From Leptogorgia sarmentosa (taxonomy: Eukaryota), in assembly GCA_964658305.1 (NCBI GenBank), contig OZ210885.1, forward strand, positions 6,758,001-6,822,000: a DNA stretch of 64,000 bases, written 5' to 3'. The position numbers were made by a program, and so were the translations under genes. Below the pieces are notes generated by a model. That model was not told the origin of the DNA and made no database searches. It saw only the letters and a list, made by a program, of their open reading frames with translations. This document shows, in pieces, positions 27,271 through 40,820 of this stretch. The first letter of the stretch is position 1; every line of letters starts with the position of its first letter.

Positions 27271-28619
27271 TGTCCTTCGTAAAATATTGGTGAAATGTTT
27301 TGGGTTACTTTTAGCCATAGGCAAATAAGTAGTTTCAAGCTATTGCAGTGAAAGTTGAAATCAAGAGTGTTTTCCTTGCTTTATTGCTTTTGTTTGCTCT
27401 CTCCTGCTCAATACTAAATGCTCATAATCTTGCTGTGAGAAGCCAGCTTTGTTGTCTATCCTTCATTGTATAAATTCAACAAAAACATTTGAGAATAATA
27501 CAGCAATATTATGGTAAATAAATGAGTTATTAAGGGTTTATTAAATTTTCACAAGTTTAAATTTATTTGATTGTAAATCATAGAAAAAATGATGTTAAAT
27601 CTTTGGGTATATAAAAATCTAACTTAAAAGTATATATATAGCACTGCACATGATGTGAACAATTATAGTGAACATCTATACAAGGGTAAATACTTGGATG
27701 TGAAATGGACTATTTTATGCAGCAACAACAACAGTAATGATATCAAGAAATACATTTGACAAAATTGATAAGGCAACAAACCTGGTAGCAGTCACAGCAA
27801 TCTGTAGCTTGTACTGTTATACAAGATAACTCTAGGATGTTATTGTACCCATGCTACAGTCACATGCATGGTAAACAAAATGCATGTTGTGGGTGGAAAA
27901 AACTATATCTGGAATCTATATGTTTATCATGTTTATATTGAATTATTTCAGAAAACAGGACTACAACATGTTTACATTGCCCCCTTTGACAGCTGCAGGT
28001 GTGTATTTGACCACCTCACCATTTCAACCTAAAACAAGTAGAACTTGCCAAAATATTTATCTTTGAACACCTGATTTCATTTGAAGAAACTTTGGCCAGA
28101 GTGTGGGACCTTATAGTTATAAGGCCATATTATGTGATGACAGAAGACCATTTTGGTTCCTTGTCCACTTTTCCTGAATCTGCCATTTCACTATTTGCAT
28201 AATATGAAGTGAGTGGTTCACCCCAATAAAGTTTTTAAATTAGTCAATTACATATTATATACTTTTAAGTTAGATTTTTATATACCTGAAGATTTAACAT
28301 CATTTTTCCCATGATTTACAATGAAATAAATTTAAAATTGTGAAAATTTAATAAAAACTAAATAACTCATTTATTTACCATAATATTACTGTATTATTCT
28401 CAATTTATCCAATGAAGGATAGACACAAAGCTGGCATTATGAGCATTTAGCATTGAACAGGGGAGTAAACAAAAGCAATAAAGCAAGGAAAACACTCTTG
28501 ATTGCAACTTTTACTGCAATAGCTTGAAACTACTTATTTACCTATGGCTAAAAGGTATGTGCTGAAGGCACTTTAATCTTTAATTTCTCCAAAACACTTG
28601 CCTATTTTACGAAGGACAA
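27271..28619. mobile_element. Non-autonomous foldback element with ~300-bp inverted arms
   Basis: ~27271-27590 is the diverged reverse complement of ~28315-28619. Confidence 0.7.
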
Positions 28620-29399
28620 AGCGGGCAATTGAGCTTGAATTCAAGTGTCGTTCGGGCAAACATAATTCCATCATAGTTGATAGAATATTAGCTTTATTAG
28701 ACAATATAACATCAATAATACGATGAAAGTCATTATCCTCTAAAACATCCTATATATGAATTATTCGATTCCAAACCACAAGTATTTCAGATCGAAAAAA
28801 TGTATTATGTAACAAAACAGGTATAATATGACATCTCGAAATGCCGTTTCCGACTATCTAGAGACCCAAAATTTTGCTCCTCCGTTTTCACCCCCATTGA
28901 AATGAGTCATGTTTATGAAAAAGCAACCAAAGTTAGGCACTTTTAGGATACTAATCAACAAAAGAGATATATTTTACAAAAATTCATGCCCAACAACATT
29001 TTGTTTGTTTGATATTTCAGCAGAACAAAATCTTGAGCAAACAGCAGTTTAACATTTCTTCAAATCATAAATTATGACTCATTTCAATACCTCAAAATCA
29101 TTTTGCGCTCCATTGAATTCCGGGTAAGTGGGATCATATATAAGATGAGCGAGGGGTTGCTGCATGTATGTATTTCTAGTATTAATATAAAAGATATAAG
29201 AAGAAATAATATAAAATTTGCCATCCTTGGGTCAGATCAGATCCATGCCACTGTTTCCTAATTTTCACCACCACTGACCAGAACTATTTTGGAGCCCGCT
29301 ATGATTTCCCCACCCCCCTGTTACATCTATCTGAAAATTTAGATATTATTAGCAATTTTGAAAATCAGTTCGATTTGCAAACATTTCGTTAGTCGTACA

Positions 29400-31780
29400 A
29401 GCTGTAGCTCAGTAGGAAAGTAATCAAATGGAACTGAAATGCAATCAAATGGAACTCCACTTCCTTTCTTGTCACCGTTCATAACAAATCCACCGTTGAT
29501 TTGTAGGAGAGGGGAAACTTATCTTGAAGTTGATAGCAGTCTTGTAGAAAGTATTGGTTTCCATCTACAGTAGTTCGTTCTGCCAAAGAAGAAAAACAAG
29601 GAAGTTGCTCTTTCAACAGCACTAAGGTAGAGTGTCCAGTCTCCTGAACGCATAGAATTCCTGAGGTCTCTCACTATTGGATAGAGATCAGAGACATACG
29701 TGTTCCAAAAGGCAAATGACTTGGACTACAAAGACATCTCTTTCACAAACTTCTCAAAGTCTTCCTCCATACCTTCGACTCGCTCTTTTGTGGCATCCCA
29801 TACTTCATCATCAAGCTTATTGGAATGGCAATCAACCACAAATCCCTCAACGCCTATTTCTTTTTCTGGGGTTTTCGGTAAAAATGCTTTGAACATCATC
29901 GACATGAGCACTTCATGTATCATGGAATGGGCAGTTCTAGCTCTGGAATAATGGGAACCGGAGATTACGCTGTTAATTGCATCAGGGCCATAATACTCGG
30001 TCTCAACTAACACAGAAAAAATCCCTGATGGTTCCAAATACGCACCAAGACACGTGAGAACAATCTTCTCCATATGAAATCCCCCAAGGCCAAGGAATAT
30101 GTTTTTAAAATGTTCCGGTTTCAAAAGCTGTATTTCCTTCACAATACGATAAACACCCTCATCAGCCCATAACCCACCGTATGAATCACCTTTCTGTACC
30201 AACGCGTCTTGAAAGTTGATCATTGTGGTTAATATCGCATTACAATTTTTGTGGTCTGATGGAAATTCGAATTCACTGTAGAAACTTCTCAAAGCTGTGA
30301 ATCCTGGTGCAACAGCCCAAATCCGCTGACTTCACCAACCAAAGAAAGCTATCTAATCGAATCGATCTCATTTACTGTTTGCATAGAGTGATTGATGAAA
30401 AGCTGACTGATGAAGATGAATCAGTTGACGTTGTGGTGACAGTCGATGTTCCGATGAGATTTAAATCGGGATCAGCTATTTCGTCTGTTGCCTTTTCAGG
30501 GTCATTTGATGCGGATTCTGTTGTTGGAGTGGCGTCAGTAACGGATGATTCTGGCGTTGTAGAATTAAATGCGGACTCTAATGCTTCGAAACTCTTGTCT
30601 ATCTCTCCACGCTCTTTCATTTGTCCCATTCTTACAAGTTGTTGACAAAGGACTTTAGATCTAAGCTTCACTGTGGTCCTACTATTATCAGAAAAAGGTC
30701 TTGTAGATATATCATTCCCGTCTGCAGGTTTTTCTTTGTCTGTTGGAACGTTTTGGAAAAGAACAAGAATAGTGTCATGTGTGGAACCTGTGCCAGTAAG
30801 TGTACTTTCATTACGATCAAAGTTATCCATAGCCTGCGTTGAGTGGGGATGGGAGGAAGTGTGATTCTATTCTCACCCACTGTGAATATTATTTTTTCTG
30901 CTATGTCCACATCAATTCTTTTAACGGTGTTGTAGCTTCCACAAATACCATGGTGATTGAGGGCAGCTACCAGCTGTTTAGATCTTGTTAGACTGTGGAG
31001 TGCTTGCGTGATCATAACATGAAAAGGGGTTCTTTCCATTTTCCTGGTGGGTTTTCAGGAGTACATCTGTTGACAGCTGAAGGTCTCGGGGTTCACAAAA
31101 ACTGTCCCAAAAATGTCAAAAAAATGTCCCAGGCCAAACTCCTATCTCTTGTGTAAGTTCAGTTGTGACTTGTTTGGACGGGTGAAACTTGCAGCACAGA
31201 CACCAACAAAGATGCAGGATCACAATTTACAGAAAATTCCATTTGGGAGATTTTGTAATTGCCAGGGTAGGTAAAGCAGACAGTATCTCCATATAATTCA
31301 ATAATTAAGTGTTTCACAGCTCTGTTCGAAACTGGTACTGATAGTCTATAAGTACTTGTTCATTTAGTCGATCTCTGATTGAAGTTAGGCTGTGTGCAGT
31401 GGTGGTAAAATCAAGCCCCAATGATAAAAACTGATCTTTAAATGATTCTGCTGTAATTGAATCCTCCTCTTCAAGACTTTGAAATATTACTTCAATTTCA
31501 GCGTTATATTTGTTAAAATAGATTTTACAACAGTTAGCGTGATAGTAAATATCTGCCGCAAAAAAACACCTTTGGGTTCATGCATCACAGCTGTTTTGGT
31601 ACAAACACAGTCTTTGAAAAACCTGGCAGCGTTGAGTAATTTTTGAGCCCTCTGCTTTTCAGAAACTCTGAATAATTTATGTATTTTCTTTTGTTTAACA
31701 GTTTTCCACTCTAGATGATTAATAAATTGTACAAAATATGTATATTTTATAGACTGCATACTATGTTGTGAGTTGAACAA
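29400..31780 (-). pseudogene. Decayed large transposase-like gene, family uncertain
   Basis: Fragments DNFDRNESTLTGTGSTHDT, ADEGVY, LGGFH, GSHYSRA, with frameshifts. Confidence 0.55.
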
Positions 31781-32647
31781 AGATGAGATTAAATGAACTT
31801 GGCTGTGTAGATCACTTCAATCATGATTAGTAATTGTAACTGCCCTTATTGTTGAAACGCTTTATTTTCTGTGAACCTTTAAAAAGGTTCAACCATGTGC
31901 GCGAACAAAAATTACAACAACAATTTAGCGCAAGGACTAAGTACTACAGTGCGCAGGTAACCCAAACTAAAGTTTCGCACCCTGTTACAGTCATTGTAAA
32001 AACTTACAGCATTCATACTGACCCACCCACCGTTATTTAAAGTTGGGATAATGTTTTTTTTTGTATTTCTGTTAATTTGATCATTCAATCTGAAGTTGCT
32101 AAATACGACCATTTCGGACATGAAGACATCCATTAAAGCAATGAACGATAATACTGTAAAATAATACTGTATTTCACTCATATCATAGAACAACTTCTAA
32201 ACGAAATTGTGAAACTTACTTGTCTATCTTTTTTCAAGTCTAAATACTGTTTATTACAAATGGTAATAAACAATTAAATTCCGTATTTTGTATCTCTATT
32301 TTCTTATGGGAAAATAGACTCACCGCAGAACAATCATTCAAAGTCCGATATTTTGACGGCCTTTTTGAAACTAACTTTAAAACAAAAATAACAAAGACTA
32401 AAAACTGATAAGTTATACAAATCATGGGCCTCTCGAAAGCCCAGGCCTGTAGGCCTCAGCCTACATAGCCTATTGGGTAATCCGCTACTGCTTATAGTTA
32501 TACAGTGTACAATTAATGATTTTAACACAATTGGGTTTGTAGTCGTTTTTTTCTGTAAAAACATATTTTGAAGATCACTAGACACTAACACAGTCACTCT
32601 AAAATAAGTAAAGTCATCTGGATTCGTTTCCTGCCACTCTTTTAACT

Positions 32648-34632
32648 TCAAATACAAATTGATCTGATCATCTGGCGCTTTTCAATCACCAATCTGCGAT
32701 GTCTATAGGATGTTTCGAATGTCACCAGCCATTGGATAGTAATCTCTGCTACGTTCAGATGGGGAAGATCCTTGCCCTGAAACAGCTCATTTTGCACGAA
32801 TGTACGTAAATGATGCCGGACTTCTGCTGGACTACATACACCAATAATATACATTTCTTCATCACGAGTCTTGATTAATATGTCAATTGCTCTTTTCACT
32901 TCTGGGGTAATGATGATTGGAACCTTTCTGTTATGCTTCCCCACAATTTCAAGAAGATCAAACCTTTACAGAAAGCAATGCAAATTGGTTATGCTAAGTG
33001 TAAATATAAATATTAGTCCTTGTCAAACATAATACTTGCAAAACCAAAATGAAAAGGTCTTTGTACATCTGCAATTTATCAAAATTAATGCTAATTTCAT
33101 AGAATGATTCCATATTAACAAATTTAGGTATTTTTTGCTCAAATATTCTCATGCCATATCTCAAAATTTAATTTATGCCTTTTGACACAACTGGTAAATG
33201 ATGGTCAAAAATAGGAAATTCACAACATTTAATAAATTTTACCTCTTATGTAGCCGTATTAACATGCCATAGCCAATTGAAATGACCAATGGTTTATGAA
33301 TTATTAATGATGTTTAAATAATAAACAAACTTGGCAGTTTTAAAACGTAGAAATCTAAAAAGCTGTTGGGCAGCTGATAATTAACCATGTTTTGTCAGTG
33401 AAATTTTTAATTAAATCGTTGGCTTAAAAAAAATCTTTGTGTTCCAATTGCAAATTTTGAATAAAAGACACTTTTACCCATATAGTTTTGACTCCTTACA
33501 TTGCAATGGGGAAATGTTAGCATTTATTCATTTTCAGACCAAGGACACTATTACCATTTCAATAGTGCTCTCTTGTAAAGGTCCTTTTCTTGTGGGGACA
33601 AGGATGATTCAACTCTTGATTTTGTGCTGATGCCCAATCAGGTCTGCTGTTGTAGACATCGACACGGAATTGTGAGGCCTCTCCTGATCGTCTTTTCTTA
33701 AAAATATCATCCTCGTTAAACAGAATTCGGCCAAATTTTGCCATACCTCTTTATCAGAACATAGATCTAACCTTATCCATCTGGTATTGTCGGAGTTTGA
33801 CCAAGTCCTCATTAAGGGGCAGTGTCTCTGGCTTGTTATGTTTCCATAAGCCAGAGCATTACTGGATATCTTCTCACACCATTCGCTGTTGTAGAGACTG
33901 AGGAAACCATCAACATCTTTCCTGATGGTGGAATCACGACAGCAAAATGGCCTGCCCTTTCTCTATGTTGCTTTTGAGTGCTGCTTTTTTTATTGCATAC
34001 CCGATTTTTAGGGCACTCGATGTGTCCTGGTATTGATTTCAATGATCTTTGTCGTCAAAGCCGCCGACTGTTCGGGTCGCTTCCACGAATTTGTCAAAAA
34101 CCTCTGGTTTAACTGCCTGCCCTAACGGCAATGCAGGCATGGCACAGCTCCATTAGCAGTCGTGCCAGATCCGCATATATTGTGAAATTAAGTTGACCTT
34201 TTCACTGCCGTGTTTGTGGAGTAAAGTACCACCATATATTGTGATCACTTCACCTCCCTTTGCAACCAAGCTGATCTCATCCTGTTTCATTAGTTGGAAT
34301 ATGTGATGAGTGAAGACTCGACTGCAAGTCTTGGAAGTTCTGTTTGTTGAGAGCGAGAAGCTGCAGTTATAGTGTAAATCGGGCAAATGTTCTTTCACAA
34401 ACTCGCATGTCCATACATGGTGGTGGTACAGCTCTCCTTTATGGAGAAACCCATAACAATACATACAGGGTAGACAGGCATACAGATTCGCCTTGACATT
34501 TGGAGGCGGCCCTCTGACAACTTTTAATTTGCCTTCATTTTCTTGCAGCACTTTGTTGTGGTGCACAAAGTTTCCCAGAAGTCGAGTACGATCGTCATCG
34601 CCTTCTGGGCAGTCTTTGTGCACCTGTTGCAA
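32648..34632 (-). pseudogene. Crypton-like tyrosine-recombinase gene remnants
   Basis: LPC..C.GF, KRRSGEA and GKHNRKVPIIITP fragments. Confidence 0.5.
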
Positions 34633-37374
34633 ATGCCACCCGACCTTTAGAAATTCCTTTCCACAATAGTAACATTGTCATGCACTCTTGAGTCTTGGTC
34701 ATCTTTTGACACTGAGGCATGTACGCTGTAAATAGAAATTTTCCTTTCTACAAATTCAGCTTTTTTTACATGTATCACTCACATTGCCATTGATTATGGT
34801 TTCGGAAATGCTTTAAAATTGAAACTTTACTGAACAAGATGAAAGAGCAATTTTCATTTGAATTTATCATTTGGCATTTTTAGAATTACCACAGCAGAAG
34901 ATGCAAGTTGGAAATCTCTTACAAAATGGTCAAGAAATGATAATTGTATGAGTAATAATTATGTAAAAACCATTTGTTCTCACATGCTAATTAAAGTTAT
35001 TGGTTTCAGTTTAAAAAAAATCTTTGTGTTTCAAGAGGTCCAAATTTTGATCAAAGATCATTTTATTTTGAATTTGATTCTTAAAGTTACCGGAGCAGAA
35101 GATACAAGTAAAAGCATTCAGAAATCAGTAAATAACTCTGTGTTTCGCCCTCTAATTTGTTTTTATCAAATTCTATAAATCCCTAAACCATAACATTAAC
35201 TTCAAGGCTAAAGGTCAACCTTATCCCAAACTAACAGTAACCGTTTTCGTGACTGCATAACATGAAAATATAATCCATAATTACTACGTAATTAATCCAG
35301 CATCCCTGCCCCTTGACCCCCTGTTATAAAACAACTTGCATTTTATTTTTTGGGCAGTCCTTGACATTTTTATGGCCTTTCATCAAATTGTTGCAAATTG
35401 CACACCCTGGCGAGGGCCTTTTGGCAGATAATTTGTCAGATAATTTGTCAGCTTTTGCAGTGCTTCCTTGGGAAAGGACAACCGTGACTGATACTGCACA
35501 GCACTGCAGTCAAGTATAGTTGTGAAGTTTCTATCCGATCGGAAAAAGGGAGATCTAATTATATGATATATACTATACTTGACGTTGTTGGTGGGACATC
35601 TTCGACAACGAAATTTTTCCTTTTCTTTTGTTTTTTTATTGGCTTAGTCTCTCTGCTGTTCATGAACATGCTATTCATGGCATCTGGTGCCATCCCTTCC
35701 AATTTCTTCCATGCGTTTTCAAACATCTTATTTTACGATGCTGTTACATAAGTCTGGAAAATCTCCTCAACATACCCTAAATATATTTAAATTCAAAAAA
35801 TCAGTCTCGCTATGATTAGAAATCAATGACGAATGATTTCCTGAACTCCCTACCAAAATTTTGTTTCTCTCTGACATATCTCACAGTGGCTTCACCATCC
35901 TTAAACGTCGGGTAGGTCACCTTAACCAGTTCCGAACCATTGCTCCCTTTTTTGCATCCCGCATTAAATTTGCATTAAAATGGATAATTGCCAGAATATG
36001 CCTGTAAGTGTTAAATTAGAGACTTCATAAATTGTGGCCATTATCCCCCTGGCCAAGTCTTGTCCCACATCCCGTGCAGTGATGCTGTAAATTCAGTACA
36101 TGCATACTGTACTGAACCTGCGAAATTTACCAGTGCAGGAGTAAGCATTCATTTTGGGCGAGAATTGATTCAGAGTGAAATCCTTCCATAAAGCTTGTCT
36201 GGTCAAATGGCAATGCTTGTTCTATTCCGTTCTTCAACTAGCATGGCACTCCTTAACTTAGTGTATGCAGGAGAGTATACATAACAGATAATTACGATTG
36301 TTAAAACAGTACAATAAAACCAATAAAGAGTACAGCAGGCCAAATGATTTCAACAAGGTTGCAAATACCACTCATATCACACTACACTGGGGAAACAATT
36401 GTGAAGCTATCCAGAGCTGGCAGAATCCACTTTTGTGGTGTTAGTTGATTGTGTTCACAGTTGTTGTACAGAGGGTCATCCAAATCATCAGGCTTGTCCA
36501 TAACATGACTCAAAAATGACTTGAACTTTGCAAGTGTGATCCTACCATTTCCAGAATGGGTTGATGTAGTGCTCCAATAAAGGTGATTCGCGCACAGTTG
36601 TACCACTGAGCTAATTTCCTTAAGTGACTTTCAATGCAACATTTCTTATAAGTTATTAATAATCATTTTAGTTGTTATATATATTTGTTATATATGTTTC
36701 AAGCATATCGCACTGTCCCCGCGATGTCAATTTAATTGAAATCTTCACATATCCATTTACAATATAAGTGGTTCCTTCATGTATACATACAGTTGAGACA
36801 GGAAAGGTCTCTACTTCTAAAACTACCATGCTAAAAAGGGAAGCTTTTATAAAATATTAATTCTTAAGTTGATGAAATTTTCACATAACTAAATTTATGG
36901 AATTTATGTTTTCACAGATGGGAATTCCATCTGAATAAAAAATCTTTGAAATTTGGGGGAGTAGCTTCTATCCAACATTCAAAACCTTTATATACCCCGG
37001 CATCTCCCATAAGTTCAGTTTCCTACTTTTTGGGCATCTGGCTTTCATATGAAGACATAGTGCTTATATACATACCTCTCATGGTCAATGTTTAAGAATT
37101 AAAATATAATATGTAAAATAATTTGTATTTGACCTGTTGCATTGTCAAATTTGACGTTTCTAGCAAAGGCACCTCATCAGTTGACCTTTCTTCTACTGCA
37201 GTGTGCAACTTTCTTCTACTTGCAGTGTGCAATTTGAGTATTTCATTTGAAACACATACACAAAGTACGGGAAAACTCATGGAATTTACAGAAAGTTGAA
37301 ACCTAGCAGAGTGAGCCACTCGACAGTGCTATGTTTCCCTCTAAAACTTACTGTTCTCCATGTGTTGAGGTAAC

Positions 37375-39313
37375 TCAAAACCTCCGGCCAGCGGACTCAC
37401 GCATTGAAGATGCAAGGGTGCTGCTAATGTTATATCCGTATGTATAAGCTGTCATGTAGTTAGTTCCCCCACAAAACTTACGTTGGACAGAAAAGAAGGA
37501 TTCAACCACATCCTGACTAATTCTCTTGGGAATTATGTAGTGGTTACCAGGATATTTTGACTGGAACAATGGACTTTCAATAAATTGCACCAAAGATTTA
37601 AAGCCATTGATTGAAACCTGCAAAAAATAAACAAATTTCCATTAAACACTGGAACTAATATTAATTAATGGTCTAACTACAGCATCTGCAGCCCAACCTG
37701 GCTTAATGGCCACTCTAACAGGACTCTAATGAGTTATCAACCAAACAATCCCAAACATTTCTGATGCAATACCAGATGTATTGAATACACCCTCTCTAAA
37801 CATAACCGTCATTCTACAAATGAATGTGTTTTCTTAAGAATTATTGAAAAAAAGAACCACATTTTTGAAATGTGTCGTACAGCCATCAAATAGGTGGTAA
37901 ACGTCACAGTTTAGTTTTTTACAACCCAACCACTCACACTGATAATGTCTGTTGATGGGTGCTTTATCACTCTGATCAACGGTCGAAAGATGGCATTCTT
38001 TAATATGTCTCATTAACAATTCCTTTGAACAAAATTCATCACTCTTATCACAATAATCCCAGTAGCATGTATTGTCGTTGCATTTTTCAACCTTTTTACT
38101 CATGCCACCATACAAATCTCTGAATAGCTTCCTGAACTCGGAGTCAATTTTGGCACCAACTGTGCTCATATCTTCTTGACATTGCTTGAGACGTTTCATT
38201 TGAGTTTGTACCAAATGGAGTTTCGTAGCAGATTTCCGGCTATGATCAATCAGTTCATCTTTAGACATATAGTCAAACCTTTTGTGTTTAGAAACTGTGC
38301 TGCTACTTGACTTCTGCTGCCGGGACTTCAATGTTCTCATGTAATGATTGGCTTCACCACATGCCTCACAACAACCAGTATCACCATGAACTAATATTTT
38401 GCATTTACTAGATCTAATGATAGACGGTTTATGAACAGAGTAACATTCAACAAATGCACCAGGTTCCCCATCATGTGTCTTGAAAACTGGCATATCAGCT
38501 CTTTCTGGTAACACAGACTGGTAATTGTCACTTGGAATACCGGGGCGAACCTTCTGCAGTTATGATGACTTCATATTCTACAATAACTGGACTAGTTCCC
38601 ATGTAATAAAGGTTTACATTCCCTTCTTGTGTGTTAGCAACAACTTTCCACTTTGGAAATTTACCACAAATGCTGGCAAGAGATTTGGCAACTTTGTAGG
38701 CAAGGGTTTGGGATAATTCATTCTCGTGTAAACACTTCAGACATTGATTCTCAAGATCTTCCACTACCTTACTATAGCTTTGTTGGTTAGACAATCCCAA
38801 GGTTAGAATAGAACACAAGAGGGCTCGATGTTTTGTTGCAATCTGTGTTATACTGTCTGAGTAAAAGTTCCATCTTAAGTATCCCTCATACTTCCCAAGA
38901 CCTTTAGTCAAGTTGTTTATGGCTTGGTAGAAATAGTTTTGAATACTGGAACAATTAAATCGGACACCATAGACAACATATACAGCTCTTGCTATATCAA
39001 CAAATTTTTCTGCAGTATAGCCCTTGACAGAGTTAATGCTTTTTCGCGACAAAGACACATTCAGTAGAGAATACAGAAGAAGCTCTTCAGGCTGCAATGG
39101 TATTTTGCCATTGTATGCTAAGGGAGTAGGTTCTGTATTTTTGTACAGACTTTCAAAGTCAGCTACAGCTTGACTTTTTTCATTGCTGTCTAACGAAACC
39201 TCATTGCCTGAATTTCCATCAGTTGCGGTTGAAATAATACCAAATTCTCTTAATCGCTTTTTGGGAGGACCCAAAGTAGCACTTCCTTGACGTTTACCAA
39301 AATTATTGGACAT
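37375..39313 (-). pseudogene. P-element-like transposon remnant (N-terminal ORFs with C2H2 fingers, C-terminal catalytic exon)
   Basis: ISQDVVESFFS in 37375-37623; C2H2-like fingers in 37834-38514; upstream ORF 38528-39313. Confidence 0.55.
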
Positions 39314-40311
39314 TTTGACAAATTGTTTACAAAAAAAAAATTAATAATATTGTAAAACACACACATAAAAATGGCATGATGGTCTCATCGTTATCATCGT
39401 CATTTTGCTCGCTGTTTCTAGGCATTTTAAAAGCTACGTTCGATACATTCTATTTCGTCTTTTAGATTTTTAGATAACAAATCTTAAAAGTAGTTTGAAG
39501 AAATCCATCAACTAAAATTAGAAATATATTACCGTATGATGAAAGGTATTCCTCTCGACTGGAAATGTACAAATTTTCTAGGTCAGGAAAGCATTTTTAC
39601 ATTGAACGCACGTTGGTTTAAATAGAAGTATTGAGTTTGCCAAAATCTTAAATGTGCATGAAAAACATTTACAGTTTTCTTGTTACCTTTCCACTGTGAA
39701 GGAATTGTTGAAAAGTGATTGATATTCTCATACACAATTGATATTTGTTGATAATAGCCGAGTTAATGGATTAATGTAGCCACACGATTCATCGAAACAA
39801 AAAAAATATAGCGAAAATAGTACACGAATTCAGGGCAAAGCAGCTAAGAAACATCAAATCCGATTTCAATGAGCATCTGTATATACAAACAGACCATAAT
39901 AAGCTTAACATACCTGAAATACTGTTACATGGGACATCATGTTGACTAGTCGTATTTCCTCGTTGAAAATCTTGTCCCCAAACATCCGTATTGTTGACGA
40001 TGTTTATCCACAATAGTACAAAGCAAAAGCAGCCCAATGAACGCAAAAAACCTCTTATATGTCAAAAGAAACATTGTCTCAAAAGTTTCTGTTAAGAATT
40101 CCTTGAAACTTCTCATGAAACCGGAGTAAAAGCGACACAAAGACAAAACTACTGATTCACGCTCCTTCCCGAGTTCTTTCAGAAAATACGCTCGTGCCAG
40201 TCCTCTCCCGCATCACACATCCATCGGCGTTTTGTCAGCGCGTTTCCCCACCCGGTATATAAGCGCCCTGGTTTTAACGGTGGTATTTTCATCCCCACAG
40301 CATGCGCCGAT

Positions 40312-40592
40312 AGTAGTACTATACCGGCAATATAGCGCCTTCCCCCAGGCCTCCACGCGTGGACCGCTGCGCTGTCACGCGGGGGAAGGCGCTATATTCC
40401 CAATAGATATTCTCGCGTGTAGATATTCACGCGTGGATATTTCTCGAGAGTTTTGTTTGCGCGTGTTTGCGCGTTTTGCGTGTTTGCGCGTTTTATGTGT
40501 TTCCGTGTTTTGCGTGTTTGCGCGTTTTGCGTGTTTGTGTGTTTTGTGTGTTTTGTGTGTTTGTGTGTTTTGCGTGTTTGCGCGTTTTGCGT
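40312..40592 (+). repeat. Left TIR, including a TTTGCGCG/TTTGCGTG simple-repeat tail
   Basis: Reverse complement of 63011-63228 with a few substitutions and indels. Confidence 0.95.
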
Positions 40593-40630
40593 GTGGGTGT
40601 CAGGTGTTGCGGGTGACGTGGAAAAGAGAA

Positions 40631-40703
40631 TCCCACGTGATGGACTCGAACCACCAACATCCGGAGCTGCAATCCGACGTTCTACCGATTGAACTACCGT
40701 GGG
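40631..40703 (-). tRNA. tRNA-like gene, anticodon GCA (Cys), with C1:G72 and A73
   Basis: CCCACGG TA GTTC AATCGGTA GAAC G TCGGA TTGCAGC TCCGG ATGTT GGTGG TTCGAGT CCATC ACGTGGG A. This is a 73-nt cloverleaf with A and B boxes, and TTTT follows 6 nt downstream. Confidence 0.85.
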
Positions 40704-40820
40704 CATACATTAATGTACATAGTAAAATGTGTTTTAATAGCAATTTTTAAGGTTATTTACATGTTTTTGTATTGTTTTTCCGTATTTTTAGGTAATATTC
40801 TGGTTTGCAGACGATTTTTA

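Noticed and set aside
29398..29420. GCTGTAGCTCAGTAGG, resembling a tRNA 5' end
   Set aside because: No T-arm, B box or acceptor complement follows.
40232..40750. ORFs 40232-40750, 40392-40706, 40453-40692 (and 62918-63166)
   Set aside because: They are translations of the TIR simple repeat and the tRNA. One crosses the element boundary.
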